Of a stretch of 52,446 bases of DNA, positions 35,905 to 45,843 are shown one piece after another. Under the pieces are notes generated by a model. That model saw nothing but the letters and a program-made list of their open reading frames with translations, ran no database searches and had not been told where the DNA came from. The stretch's first letter is position 1; every line of letters starts with the position of its first letter. Source of the DNA: a virus (taxonomy: Duplodnaviria > Caudoviricetes); IMG/VR virus record IMGVR_UViG_3300036792_000044, positions 1 through 52,446 of that record, one strand, 5' to 3'. The position numbers and the translations under genes are program-made.

Positions 35905-36324
35905 TTAGATTGGGTGGCCTTGCACCCTCCATGTCAACGCAGAGCGATAACGTGGAAGCTCGATGTCGGGGTTTGGAAGTTGTTCTCCCCCAATTGCATT
36001 CACCAAACCGACTATGTACCAACCCATTACGGTTAGTCCTTGCACTGCTGTACCGTACGCCATGAGTTTGCGCGATATGGTAGCGGCCTCGTACTCGCTC
36101 GGCGAGTACGCATGCAGAATGAAACTCAAATCCCATTGCGCCAGACCAACTCTCGTTCCTGGCGCTGCCTCAATAGTGACGAACCCGTTGACGGTGTCGG
36201 CGTTGTTCGCTACGTCGGGCAGCCGCGAATCAATCAGCGTCGGCGCAATCAACGGCGTGAAGTAGAAAATCCCCAAGTCCTGCACGTCCGCTGAATCCAA
36301 TGGTGGCACAACGTAATTGGTCAC
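35905..36324 (-). CDS. tail terminator
   Basis: Synteny; PNPDIELPRY motif. Confidence 0.7.
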   Translation of the reverse strand: MTNYVVPPLDSADVQDLGIFYFTPLIAPTLIDSRLPDVANNADTVNGFVTIEAAPGTRVGLAQWDLSFILHAYSPSEYEAATISRKLMAYGTAVQGLTVMGWYIVGLVNAIGGEQLPNPDIELPRYRSALTWRVQGHPI

Positions 36325-36629
36325 TGCCCGCTCATCCCTAGCGCTGCCTTGAGTAGCACGGCCTGCGACAGTTCCTCGTGGATACCCTCGCGATTGGCGG
36401 GCGTGACGTAGAACCGAGGACGTTGCGAGTGAGGGTCGGTCTGGGCGACGAGCCGAAAGTTGTTGCCCACCTTGGTCTTAAGGTCCATTGCCCTTCCGCG
36501 ACAATACAATTCAACCACGGTCATGTGCCGGATCGCCTGGTCAATCTCGGGTGTGATACCCGCGTCGTACTCCTGGCTTAGATCGACCTTGAGTCCGAAA
36601 CCGCTTCCGCTGCCGCTGAATACAGCCAT
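36321..36629 (-). CDS. neck/tail-completion protein
   Basis: Synteny; LLKAAL C-terminus. Confidence 0.6.
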   Translation of the reverse strand: MAVFSGSGSGFGLKVDLSQEYDAGITPEIDQAIRHMTVVELYCRGRAMDLKTKVGNNFRLVAQTDPHSQRPRFYVTPANREGIHEELSQAVLLKAALGMSGQ

Positions 36630-37013
36630 TTACGTCACCCGCCTAATCAGTACTTGACCGCCGAACATGTCGTCGTATTCGCTCATGATCTGCATACCAC
36701 TAGACCAGCTTTCGAGGCCAGGTTGCCCCTGAACCTCGAACGCAATTCCGTTGACTAGCACCTGATCCCGCTTCTTGTAAACGCTGCTGTCGGGCACGTC
36801 CATGATGAAATTGCTGATCGTCTTGTCGTAGTTTTCGAGGTCGATTGGGTCTGGTATCGGACGCTGCCAGCGCGCCGGGTACACCTGGTAAATGAACCGC
36901 TCAATAGGGTCGGAAAGCGTTCCCTCGTCGGACATTCCATGGTGTGGCTGCGGGCCGGTGTTCTGCACGAACACACGGTGCATTACGGGTACCTCAGCGT
37001 CCAGCACAGGCAT
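36630..37013 (-). CDS. head-to-tail stopper
   Basis: Synteny; RDQVLVNG..FEVQG...RRVT. Confidence 0.7.
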   Translation of the reverse strand: MPVLDAEVPVMHRVFVQNTGPQPHHGMSDEGTLSDPIERFIYQVYPARWQRPIPDPIDLENYDKTISNFIMDVPDSSVYKKRDQVLVNGIAFEVQGQPGLESWSSGMQIMSEYDDMFGGQVLIRRVT

Positions 37014-37015
37014 TT

Positions 37016-37549
37016 TCAGACCCTCGTTAGGGTGTACGGCCCAAGGCGCTTTATCTGGTCGTCAGAGAGGACAGCGCCGAATTCTAGGAAGTCCAAATCT
37101 GTTGGGCCACGGGTCATGTGTTTCACGACGCCGGTCGGCTTCTCCATGGTGCGCCCGGTCAACTCAAACCCTACTTCGGCGACGGCTCGCGGGACCTCTT
37201 CGTAGCCGTGCGTGAAATCGACTGTGACGCTGGCGTTTCGGCCGCGCCGTCCGAGGTAGCCGTGGAATTGCAGCCAGCCCTCTTCGTGTATCTCGTACAT
37301 CGTTGCGTCGAGCGGGTTGTCGGGATACGTTGCGATGGTTAGGTTTTCGACGCTTACCAGCTTGAGTGTGGGCAGCATGATGATGCCCTTGTTTCCGATC
37401 TTCGCTTTGTAGCCGGTAGTCGAGACGACGGGCGCGATGTGCCAGCCGCATCTGTCCCGTATAGTTTCACCGGCCGCGCCGAGGAACCAATTCGGGTCCT
37501 TAGCTTGGAAACTCGCGAAATCTGTTGGGGACAAAAGGGGATCGGTCAT
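37016..37549 (-). CDS. head-to-tail adaptor
   Basis: IRDRCGWHIAP and VTVDFTHGYEEVP motifs; follows the capsid gene. Confidence 0.8.
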   Translation of the reverse strand: MTDPLLSPTDFASFQAKDPNWFLGAAGETIRDRCGWHIAPVVSTTGYKAKIGNKGIIMLPTLKLVSVENLTIATYPDNPLDATMYEIHEEGWLQFHGYLGRRGRNASVTVDFTHGYEEVPRAVAEVGFELTGRTMEKPTGVVKHMTRGPTDLDFLEFGAVLSDDQIKRLGPYTLTRV

Positions 37550-37704
37550 GGCCTGGGCTTCCTCACCACTACTGTCTTGGGTTGGCCGTCGCCGCCGTCG
37601 ATACCGGGGAACGTCGAAACCACGTCTACCGCAAAGTCATTGCCGTATTCGTGCGTGATCCCAAGGTCGCTCTCGTCATCCTCGTAAGGCCATGTACCGG
37701 GCAT
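37546..37704 (-). CDS. small acidic hypothetical protein
   Basis: GAGGGAG SD; 52 aa; 4-bp overlap with the adaptor. Confidence 0.55.
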   Translation of the reverse strand: MPGTWPYEDDESDLGITHEYGNDFAVDVVSTFPGIDGGDGQPKTVVVRKPRP

Positions 37705-37745
37705 TTCTATTCTCCCTCAAGTCAACTGAGTCATGTGACTCAGAC

Positions 37746-37800
37746 GGTTGGGTGGCGTGGCACGGGGGAGACGACCAATCGACCCCGTGCCACACCAACC
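37746..37800 (-). terminator. hairpin after the major capsid gene
   Basis: Stem GTGGCACGGGG/CCCCGTGCCAC plus outer GGTTGG/CCAACC; no U-tract. Confidence 0.5.
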
Positions 37801-37835
37801 CTCCCAACCTACGTAATCCCTTGTCCCGTAAGGGT

Positions 37836-39374
37836 TTACGCGAACTGCACGATCTCGAACAGTTCCGGCCGCTTCACCTGAAGACCCGCACGAATCTCGG
37901 CGCGCATCGTCCAGAGGTTCTGCTCGAAATCGAACCCGTTCATGTTGGTGACGTCCACTCGCATACCGCCGCGACGGAGAATCTTGCCACCGTCTCGGAA
38001 GTCACCAACGAGCGGGAGTCCCTGTGGCATAACGGGAGTCGAGACAACCCGCTTGCCCCACAGAGTGAGGTCCTGCTCGATTCCGACGTTGCCCGAATTG
38101 GCTGCAACGCCGTAGTTGGTACCGAAGAACGAACCGCCGAGGTACTGGCCGTTCGCGTCCTTCGCCAACCGAATGGTTGTCCAGTCAGTTGGGTTGAGCA
38201 CCATGGCATCTGGCTCGAAGAAGTACGTCACCCGAATATCGGTGATCGCCTGCAACAGCGCTTCCGCCGCTGCCGTTCCCTTGGTGTAATCCGTTGGGAG
38301 CGTGTACTTCCGACCCGGTGTCACGGTCGCAACCGTGTCAGCCGTAGTACCCGAACCGACGCCGCCGCCGATTGCCACGTTGGTCAAAGCGGTCACGACA
38401 GTCGGGGTGAGGAACCCGCTCGGGTACGACAGACCACCGGCCGCCGTGTTGCGAGTGAGCAGACCCAGAATGCCGGGCATCCCTGTGCCAGCGAGCAATT
38501 CGACCTCGAACTTGCGGGACACGCCGAGCACGCCATCCTGTTGGACTAGCGCCCAGAACTGCGGGGCGTCCTCGATAGTTTCGTCGGTGACCCGTTCCAG
38601 GTTCGTGATCTTGCCGATAGTGTCGGCGTAACGCGTAACTGCCACAGACGAAGTCGGCTTGGTCGCGCCTTCGGGCGTGGCCGCTGCGTTGTTCGTGAAA
38701 CCCGTCTGCTTGACGTACGACACCACACCACCGTTGACCGGGACGCTGGGGAACAGCGACTCAATCACGTTGGGGTAGAACCGAAGTTCCGCGATACCCG
38801 GCTCGAAGTCAGGCTCGACCAGCGTGCCAGCAGCGCCGCCCGCGAGGAACACCTGGCCTGGTGCCAGATAGCCAGCGGGGGGAACCGTTGTGCCGCTTGC
38901 AGTTACACCCTGCAAGCCCGCGACACCCTGTGCCTTCATGCCGTACTCGTGATCCTCGGGAATCTTGACTTCCCAAGGGTCTGCGCCGAGACGCTTCAGG
39001 GCAATCTCGAAACTGACTTCACCCTGTCGCTTGCCGCTGCCGCCCGAAACAATGTTGCGGGCATTCTCCGCAGCCATCGTCTGAAGCTGCTTGTAGCGCG
39101 CCCAGTTCTCTTGTGCCCGCTTGGCTTTCAGCGACGTGGGCTGCTCGGGCGGTGCGCCCTCACCCTCGTCCGCGCCGCCGCCGTTGCCGAGACGGCCCGC
39201 CATGTCGTACGCCTTGATGACGCCGGAAATTTCCTCGTCCTGCTTCTTGGCGTTCTCCATGTACTGCGCGAATTCCGCTGGGGTGATGGTGTTTTCGTTC
39301 ACCGCCTTCAGCTTTGCGGCGACCTCGTTCTTGAGTTCGACCGACTTCTGCTTGTATTCCAGTACGTTGACCAT
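37836..39374 (-). CDS. major capsid protein (HK97 fold, N-terminal delta domain)
   Basis: PEGATKP, LNPTDW..IRL.KD..G.Y and RAE.R motifs; coiled-coil N-terminus. Confidence 0.93.
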   Translation of the reverse strand: MVNVLEYKQKSVELKNEVAAKLKAVNENTITPAEFAQYMENAKKQDEEISGVIKAYDMAGRLGNGGGADEGEGAPPEQPTSLKAKRAQENWARYKQLQTMAAENARNIVSGGSGKRQGEVSFEIALKRLGADPWEVKIPEDHEYGMKAQGVAGLQGVTASGTTVPPAGYLAPGQVFLAGGAAGTLVEPDFEPGIAELRFYPNVIESLFPSVPVNGGVVSYVKQTGFTNNAAATPEGATKPTSSVAVTRYADTIGKITNLERVTDETIEDAPQFWALVQQDGVLGVSRKFEVELLAGTGMPGILGLLTRNTAAGGLSYPSGFLTPTVVTALTNVAIGGGVGSGTTADTVATVTPGRKYTLPTDYTKGTAAAEALLQAITDIRVTYFFEPDAMVLNPTDWTTIRLAKDANGQYLGGSFFGTNYGVAANSGNVGIEQDLTLWGKRVVSTPVMPQGLPLVGDFRDGGKILRRGGMRVDVTNMNGFDFEQNLWTMRAEIRAGLQVKRPELFEIVQFA

Positions 39375-39392
39375 TGTCCTTTTCTCCTTGAA

Positions 39393-40040
39393 TTACGCTG
39401 TCTTACTGAGGATTTGATCGGCAGCGGCCTTCGCAACGGAGAGTGCGGCTGCTTCGTCTTTCTTTGGGTCAGCGGATTCGTCGGTCGGACCCTGCTCGGG
39501 TGCGCCATCCGGTGCCTTCGGAAACTCTTGTTTGGCAAGCAATTCCGAGAACTGCTTGACTGTCAGGTCGGAGAGTAGCGTGTCGTCGTCCAATTCGTCA
39601 ACACTCTTGCTCGCCAACACTTTCGCGTTGGGGTTCGCGGGGACCACGACGAATGAGCCGTTGATCAATTCGCGAGCGATGGTACCCGCCTTGCGATCCC
39701 GCTTCTCTCGGAACGCAACCGACACGTACGGTACGTGAGGAATCACCTTGCGGGTTTCCTGCGCATTCTGCGTTGCCGCCCACGTGCCTTTGCAAATGAT
39801 CTTGCCATTCACCAATTCCGGTACGGCAGAACCGACTACGCTCGCCATCTTGTGGGTGTGGTCGTTGACGAACGTGATCTGTTCTGGCAGTGGGGTTTCC
39901 CACTCGTCGCCCTTCAGCGTTTCGCCGTCACGGTCCAGCGTCTCGTTGGTGAGTTCGACTGTGAACGTGCCGGGGAATTCGTCTGCGCTTGCCGACGTAT
40001 CCTCGATGGTGGCCGCAGCCGCCTTTGTCTTAATCTCCAT
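39393..40040 (-). CDS. capsid maturation (prohead) protease
   Basis: DRDGE, DH, VSVAF and SFVVVPANP motifs. Confidence 0.85.
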   Translation of the reverse strand: MEIKTKAAAATIEDTSASADEFPGTFTVELTNETLDRDGETLKGDEWETPLPEQITFVNDHTHKMASVVGSAVPELVNGKIICKGTWAATQNAQETRKVIPHVPYVSVAFREKRDRKAGTIARELINGSFVVVPANPNAKVLASKSVDELDDDTLLSDLTVKQFSELLAKQEFPKAPDGAPEQGPTDESADPKKDEAAALSVAKAAADQILSKTA

Positions 40041-40044
40041 GGTA

Positions 40045-41547
40045 TTACTTGCCTTCCATCAAAATGTGCAGGCAGGCTACCTGAATGTCCTGCCGGTCCA
40101 ACGGGTTTCGATCCAACAACTTGAAAGCTACTTCGTCCCAACGCTTCCCGCGTCCCAACCCTGCGAAGATGTCGTTCATGTATCCCTTCGCCTTATCCGT
40201 AAGCGCCGGAACACGTTTCGGCAAATCGCCCTGCGGATTCGGGTTGGCATTGTTCGACGGGTTCGCGCTCGGAAGTGCAAGCGTCGGTGGAGGATTCGCC
40301 GCCAAGTCCTTCGCCGCCTTCTCCGCGTCCATGGTGCCCGCCAGACTCTTGAGCGCCTGGTTGCCGAACAACTGGTCTGCGTCTGGTCCTGCGTCCGAAA
40401 GTCCAAGCCACATACGGCCTTCCGCTGGTTTCATCACGTAGGACTGCACTAGCTGCACGATGGCTGGCGCTAGAACCTCGATGTCCGCTCGGAGTTGGTT
40501 GTTGACCTCGAAGCGGAATTCCTTCGGCCCGTTGAATTCGCAGCCCACGTAGAAGTCGAACGTAGACTCAAAGTCCTTGAGCCGGTGGTCGATTGACGAT
40601 TTGTACACGTCCTTGGTCATTGGCTCGTAGCTGGTCTGCGTCGTGTTGTCGTTGATCTGCGCCGCAGCGGGATTCAGGTCGTAAACCTCGAAACACTCTG
40701 AGCGGTTTAGCTTTCGAGTTTCGATGTACTGCATTTCCTCGGCGTCAAGCTGCATCCGCGTAGCGGTCACGTCATCTTCTAGCAGCATAACGCCGCCCGC
40801 ACCGTCGACACCGCTAGCGGACTGCACGGCAGCCTCGACTCGTTTGTACGCTGCATCGTTGAGAACCTTGCTAGTGCTGAGTACGTAGCTCGGTCGAAGC
40901 ATGTTGTCCGACAAGCTGTTTGCGGCTCGCCGCAGGCTGTCCTCGTTCTTGAGTGTCTGCCGCAGCGGTTCCATACGGGATAGTCCGCGCATCGTGTTGT
41001 CGGGGTTGTATCGCCGGAATGGGATGACCTCAGTTTCGGTGAACCACATGTCTGGTGCGCCGGTGAAACCGTATAGCAGATCACCGTTTTCGCCTCGCCG
41101 AATGTACGTGTTCACGGGGTGCATGGGCACGAACCCGGCGATCTTGCCGCGTGACCCATCGAGGGTGGGCATACGAGACTTCAAAAGGTATGCCTCGCCG
41201 TATATTTCGTAGGTTGTGGCGAGCCAGTGGTAGAACTTGAACCGAGGCATGTCGAGGCACGGGTCGCGCATTAGCTTGGCGTACGGGCCTTTTCGGTCGA
41301 GGATGTCTCCGCTGTCTGGTGCGGTGTCGTACACGCCGATGGTCAACTTGGCGATCAGGTTTGCGACCTTGTCGATTGCCGTAAACAGGTGTGGCTGAAC
41401 ACGATACATCAGCCCGTAGGTTGCAACGTGGTGTTGCAACTCGATTCCCGTGCGAGGCGCAAAGTACGCCTGGTTCAACTGTGGGGAAGTCTCCGCGAAT
41501 GCCGTGGTTGGCACTAGCGGACGAAATACCCCGCTACTCAGCAGCAT
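40045..41547 (-). CDS. portal protein (HK97 family)
   Basis: YGEAY, RGLS and E.R..LGL motifs; follows the terminase. Confidence 0.92.
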   Translation of the reverse strand: MLLSSGVFRPLVPTTAFAETSPQLNQAYFAPRTGIELQHHVATYGLMYRVQPHLFTAIDKVANLIAKLTIGVYDTAPDSGDILDRKGPYAKLMRDPCLDMPRFKFYHWLATTYEIYGEAYLLKSRMPTLDGSRGKIAGFVPMHPVNTYIRRGENGDLLYGFTGAPDMWFTETEVIPFRRYNPDNTMRGLSRMEPLRQTLKNEDSLRRAANSLSDNMLRPSYVLSTSKVLNDAAYKRVEAAVQSASGVDGAGGVMLLEDDVTATRMQLDAEEMQYIETRKLNRSECFEVYDLNPAAAQINDNTTQTSYEPMTKDVYKSSIDHRLKDFESTFDFYVGCEFNGPKEFRFEVNNQLRADIEVLAPAIVQLVQSYVMKPAEGRMWLGLSDAGPDADQLFGNQALKSLAGTMDAEKAAKDLAANPPPTLALPSANPSNNANPNPQGDLPKRVPALTDKAKGYMNDIFAGLGRGKRWDEVAFKLLDRNPLDRQDIQVACLHILMEGK

Positions 41548-41845
41548 TCGCTGTCTCCTGAATCTCCTGGTAGTACAAGATGTTTCGGTACGGTACGTGC
41601 AATTGCCCTGGCGCAGCGTGCATTACAATACCGCCTGGTTGGCTGGGCGTGATCCGTATGTCCTCGAAAGTCCAACGGTCCCAACGCTTTTTAGTACAAA
41701 GTGCAACAAAAGCACCCTCATTATTCTTCAGAGTTACTGCATAACGCTTGGCTTTCTTAGCGTTAATGAGAACGTATGCGACACAAACGATTACCCACGG
41801 CAAGCCGAAGATAACGGCGGCAATCGTTGCGAGCCAAGCGAACAC
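41534..41845 (-). CDS. hypothetical protein between terminase and portal
   Basis: N-terminal TM segment; overlaps both neighbours. Confidence 0.6.
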   Translation of the reverse strand: MFAWLATIAAVIFGLPWVIVCVAYVLINAKKAKRYAVTLKNNEGAFVALCTKKRWDRWTFEDIRITPSQPGGIVMHAAPGQLHVPYRNILYYQEIQETANAAE

Positions 41846-43464
41846 TAGAAACCTCGTCTCTGTATGACGCGCACGCCCCGTGTCGCGTAGATGCTAACCT
41901 CTTCGGGCAGGTGATCCATGCCCCACACCGCACCAACGACGGCGTACAAAACTGCTGTGTCACTTGGTGAATGCTTGATGTCTACGCGCCAGCCACCAGC
42001 CGGGTTCAGTAGCGGCAACGCCGTGAGCGCTGCGGTGTCCAAACCTCTGTGCGGTAGATGCTCAATTCGCTTCTGCGCCAACCGATCCGTGATGTCCGCG
42101 TGTGCAGCTTGAATGTCAGAACCAGACCACTCGATCAGCGGCAGGCGTACCGAGTCGCCCGTCTCGTCGGTGGCGTTGCGCAAGTCCTCGTACAGATTCA
42201 CGGTCGGTGCGCCAGTCTCAGTGCGAATCACTATACCCTTGTACGTTTCTCGCGTATCAATCAAGTGCTGCACGATCTGAGCCAGCGGCAACTCTTCCGA
42301 GATACCTGCTACCGCAATGTCTTTCAGTTCCTCGACGTATCGGCCTGCACGCGCAACGTACGCTAGCTCACGCCGTTCTGAAATCTCAACGCACACAACA
42401 ATTTCCGCGTCGTCACCGGGGTACGCTTCGGGGTCGGTCGTTGCTTCCCACGATCCCTCGGGGAACGGCCCGCCGTCGTTACCGGCCGTGAACCTGCAAA
42501 GAACCTCCTGATCGAATTCCGTTGGGGGAGTACCCTTCAGGGATGCAATCAGGTTACGAGTCGTCGGACAGTTGAACGCGATGTCCTGGTAGTTCAACGC
42601 CGGGTTGGCTTGCGCAATCGCTTGCACGTCAGTGCGTTTCGCGTCCAACGCCGCCGACCACTCGAAGAACCCCGTGGTCAATTCGTCCCAACCATCCGGC
42701 AAATCCTCGGGATTCAGGCCAGCCCAGATGTCGGCGTCACCGCCGATTAGGTCCGCGTCGTCGTCGCCGTCGGGCCAGCCTAATTCCTTGTGCGCCAATG
42801 CTCTCTGGTACCGCAGTACGACGCTCAGATCGGTTCCTGCGTTGCTAAACGCGAAACACTGCGCAAGAGGCCGAGCGTTCATCGTGTTCGTCACAGAGGC
42901 CCACGAATCCCAATTGTGGTGCTCGCGAAGCTCATCCAGCAGAATCAGGTCACCGGAGAATCCACGGCCACCCTTGCCGGTAGCGGCAACCACCTTGTAC
43001 TCGCAACCGTTGTCGAGGTTAAAGAACTTGGGATGACCGAAGTTTCGTTCCTCGATCATTTCGTTGAGGTCGTCTTGAAGCTCGGCGAGCGCCAGGCAGT
43101 CTTTCCATGCTTCCTCGGAACGGTCGAGGTTCTGCGCCGTGCCGATCACTAGGCCGGATTCCAGAGAATACAAGTGCCACAACGCCAGAATGTTCTCTAC
43201 GGTAGTTTTTCCGTTCTGCCGCGCCACCATGCAGATGACGATGCGGAACCTGTAAAACCTTCCCGTAGCGTCCAATTCGAGCGCATGGTTCAAAAACCAT
43301 TCCTGCCAAGGGAATAGCGTGATTCCGAGTATGTCGGTCGCGAACTTGATCGCCGCCTCCCCGTCCGTGAAATCCGCTAACAGTTCACCTGTCAGCGGAT
43401 TCACGTGCGAGTCAAGCGGTTTCGTCCAAATCCTCGGAGTGGTGCAGCCGAGAACCGTTGCCAT
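41845..43464 (-). CDS. terL: terminase large subunit
   Basis: Walker A VARQNGKT, GRGFSGDLILLDELRE and FFEWSA; likely start at the ATG at 43464. Confidence 0.93.
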   Translation of the reverse strand: MATVLGCTTPRIWTKPLDSHVNPLTGELLADFTDGEAAIKFATDILGITLFPWQEWFLNHALELDATGRFYRFRIVICMVARQNGKTTVENILALWHLYSLESGLVIGTAQNLDRSEEAWKDCLALAELQDDLNEMIEERNFGHPKFFNLDNGCEYKVVAATGKGGRGFSGDLILLDELREHHNWDSWASVTNTMNARPLAQCFAFSNAGTDLSVVLRYQRALAHKELGWPDGDDDADLIGGDADIWAGLNPEDLPDGWDELTTGFFEWSAALDAKRTDVQAIAQANPALNYQDIAFNCPTTRNLIASLKGTPPTEFDQEVLCRFTAGNDGGPFPEGSWEATTDPEAYPGDDAEIVVCVEISERRELAYVARAGRYVEELKDIAVAGISEELPLAQIVQHLIDTRETYKGIVIRTETGAPTVNLYEDLRNATDETGDSVRLPLIEWSGSDIQAAHADITDRLAQKRIEHLPHRGLDTAALTALPLLNPAGGWRVDIKHSPSDTAVLYAVVGAVWGMDHLPEEVSIYATRGVRVIQRRGF

Positions 43465-43607
43465 CAGTACCAGTGCGCGCCAACAGGTCCCGGCACCGCA
43501 GCGAGCCACAGCACCAGGCCGATCAGCAGCAGGACGCCGCCGACCCACGCCAACGGCCGAAACAGGAAGAGTCCCAACACAAGCAGGATCAGACCGAGGA
43601 TGATCAT
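43464..43607 (-). CDS. small membrane protein
   Basis: MIILGLILLVLGLFLFRPLAWVGGVLLLIGLVLWL...HWY; not in the supplied track; overlaps both neighbours. Confidence 0.65.
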   Translation of the reverse strand: MIILGLILLVLGLFLFRPLAWVGGVLLLIGLVLWLAAVPGPVGAHWY

Positions 43608-43858
43608 GAGAGTTTGTTCTTCTTTCCCTCGGGGTCGTTGCCGACGTGCTCGCGCTTATTCGGGTCGTTCTTCGGGTTGTCCCAATTCGTCACGGGCACG
43701 CCGCGCTCGTTCAGCTTTGGCTTGACGCTCTGCGGCGCGTTGCTTCCGGCCCGCTTCGCCGGAGTTGCCTTGTCCGCCTTGGACTTCGGGTCCGTCTGAG
43801 CCGACTGCGTTCGCACCTGCCCCGAGCCGTCCGCTGTCCGAACTTCCGTCTCTCCCAT
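43604..43858 (-). CDS. hypothetical protein
   Basis: 84 aa, charged, coupled to the downstream gene. Confidence 0.5.
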   Translation of the reverse strand: MGETEVRTADGSGQVRTQSAQTDPKSKADKATPAKRAGSNAPQSVKPKLNERGVPVTNWDNPKNDPNKREHVGNDPEGKKNKLS

Positions 43859-44093
43859 TGATTTTCCTATCTCTCAGGTGTGGATGCTGTTGTATCCAAA
43901 CACTTTCCGATATTTCCTCGTCGCCACGAAAGAAGTGACGAACGCCTTCCTCGTCGTGAGTGACGTACAGACACAACGGGTGAGGTTTCGTCGCCTCGAC
44001 GCGTTCTTTATGTTGTTTCCTGGCAGCCGTTTTCGACAGTTTTTTACCGTCGAACAACATGTTGCCCTTTGCGTCGAACGTCACGTGAGCCAT
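43656..44093 (-). CDS. hypothetical protein
   Basis: Starts just after the terS stop; its 3' part overlaps the next ORF. Confidence 0.45.
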   Translation of the reverse strand: MAHVTFDAKGNMLFDGKKLSKTAARKQHKERVEATKPHPLCLYVTHDEEGVRHFFRGDEEISESVWIQQHPHLRDRKINGRDGSSDSGRLGAGANAVGSDGPEVQGGQGNSGEAGRKQRAAERQAKAERARRARDELGQPEERPE

Positions 44094-44095
44094 AT

Positions 44096-44638
44096 CTACT
44101 GTGCCCGTTTCACTTTCGTCAGAGCGCCTACCGTAGCCAATCGACCACCGGACTTGCGCTTGCCCGTCGCCTTAGCCTTCTCCGTATCCCCGTGCAAGTC
44201 AGCGAGAATCGCCATGATCTGCTTAGTCGTCTGCGTGTGAATACTCGAAAGTTTCGGGTTATCAACGATTTTCGCTAGGTTGCACGCAGCGACCACCAAC
44301 GTCGGCCGAGTGCGTGCACGTTCCAGCGCTTCGCATTCCGCCAGAACCGCTTTCTCCATGCGCCCCTTGGCAACTGAGTCAGACGACTCAGTCCGCTTAG
44401 CTGCCGCCGCACGAATTCCCTTGGTGGAGATAGGCGGTTGCTTGCCCTTGCGCTTCGCACGCTGCGCGGCAAGCTCGTCGGCCTGCCGTGCCTCACGCTG
44501 CTGCTTGCGCCGTGCACGGCCTGCACGGTTGTACTCGTTGATCGCATCCTTGCATACGGTACAGTCGCAGTACCACGGCTTGCGGGCACCCTTCAACCCA
44601 TGGGGTATAGGGTCGTTGGAATCGCCAGTTACAGACAC
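44096..44638 (-). CDS. putative terminase small subunit
   Basis: Upstream of terL; helical LAKIVDNP...KQ...L..L core; N-terminal C-x-C-x2-C. Confidence 0.55.
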   Translation of the reverse strand: MSVTGDSNDPIPHGLKGARKPWYCDCTVCKDAINEYNRAGRARRKQQREARQADELAAQRAKRKGKQPPISTKGIRAAAAKRTESSDSVAKGRMEKAVLAECEALERARTRPTLVVAACNLAKIVDNPKLSSIHTQTTKQIMAILADLHGDTEKAKATGKRKSGGRLATVGALTKVKRAQ

Positions 44639-45163
44639 TTGGTTTGCTCGTTTCGGATAAATGGGCCGTCTTGAAAGTCATTGTGCCACAAAGCATCTCA
44701 GTTCGCTCAGAAATGCCTCTGACCTGCACTTTTGCGTCGATTTTCCGGGAACCCGTTGTTGCGAAAATTCCGAGTGCCGAGCAGCGGGGTGGTTGACGTT
44801 TGCTGGATTGTTCAACCCCCCTCATTTATGCAGGTCAGGGCGTTATTTGGATGGTCACCGTGTTTGCTGGCTCGGCATAACCGCAGGTCAGAGCGTCGTG
44901 GTACATAGCTTGGTACAACGGAGTGGCAGATAGGTCGGTTACACTAACTAGTTCGAGGCGGTTACACATACTTTAGGGCATACCCTGGCAGGGTATCCCA
45001 CCTAGTAAGGTATTCCCTTTGAAAGTCGTTGTCCCGCAGTACCTTTCACGCATATGAATTGTGTTGTGCTGCAAGGGAATTGGTACAACGTGGATGGATA
45101 CCATCTTAGGCAGACGGTCACCCTCCAATAGCACTGTGCTGCACTACAATTCGTGCACGTGAA

Positions 45164-45484
45164 TCATGTTGTGCGCCAACGTGTTTCGTGCACGGTACTA
45201 CCAGGCAATAGGCACTGCTCATTGCAGTGGGGTAGCACTGGTGAAACGTACTGTGCTGCACCATGATTCGTAGTATCTGAATCCTGTTGTGCCCAAGGAT
45301 CTTTCGGCCATAGTACCCATATAGCAAGGGCAATGCAGGCGAGCACCACCAGGGCGCAGATACCGAACACCAGGTCACGCAGGCCGAGCACGTTGGGAGC
45401 CTTGCCGTACACCATGTCACGTAGTGAATCATGTTGTGCGCCACCACGTTTCATCATTGCACGTGCCTTCCCTAGCCCAATCAT
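45164..45484 (-). CDS. membrane protein
   Basis: One TM segment; coupled to the HNH stop. Confidence 0.4.
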   Translation of the reverse strand: MIGLGKARAMMKRGGAQHDSLRDMVYGKAPNVLGLRDLVFGICALVVLACIALAIWVLWPKDPWAQQDSDTTNHGAAQYVSPVLPHCNEQCLLPGSTVHETRWRTT

Positions 45485-45843
45485 CAGAACCTCGGCCTAA
45501 CCCAATCCTGTTGCGCCACAACGGAATCCGAGCGGTGTTGGTGTGTACGATTGCATCTGCAATGGCTCGGTCGCAGGTTCGTCCACACCAGCGCTAGGTG
45601 AGGGTGCGTGCTACGAGGCTTGCGATGGTCGGCCTCGAACGCGTACGCCGTCTGAGGATGCGCCTCGTAATCAATGGGCGCACCGTGCAACGTACACTTG
45701 CCATGCTCCGCATACCAGCAAGGCAGATTGCGAGACTTGCAGTGCGCCTTGAACTTTCGCTTCAAAACACGCCAAGCCTGGCTGTCGAGGCCGGTACCGG
45801 AATTCCTTGCGCGCCTTGGCTTTACGACAACGTCACGGGCCAC
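45484..45843 (-). CDS. packaging-associated HNH endonuclease
   Basis: PCW...EADH..P...NLRPSH..CN; start approximate; sits just before the terminase region. Confidence 0.8.
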   Translation of the reverse strand: MARDVVVKPRRARNSGTGLDSQAWRVLKRKFKAHCKSRNLPCWYAEHGKCTLHGAPIDYEAHPQTAYAFEADHRKPRSTHPHLALVWTNLRPSHCRCNRTHQHRSDSVVAQQDWVRPRF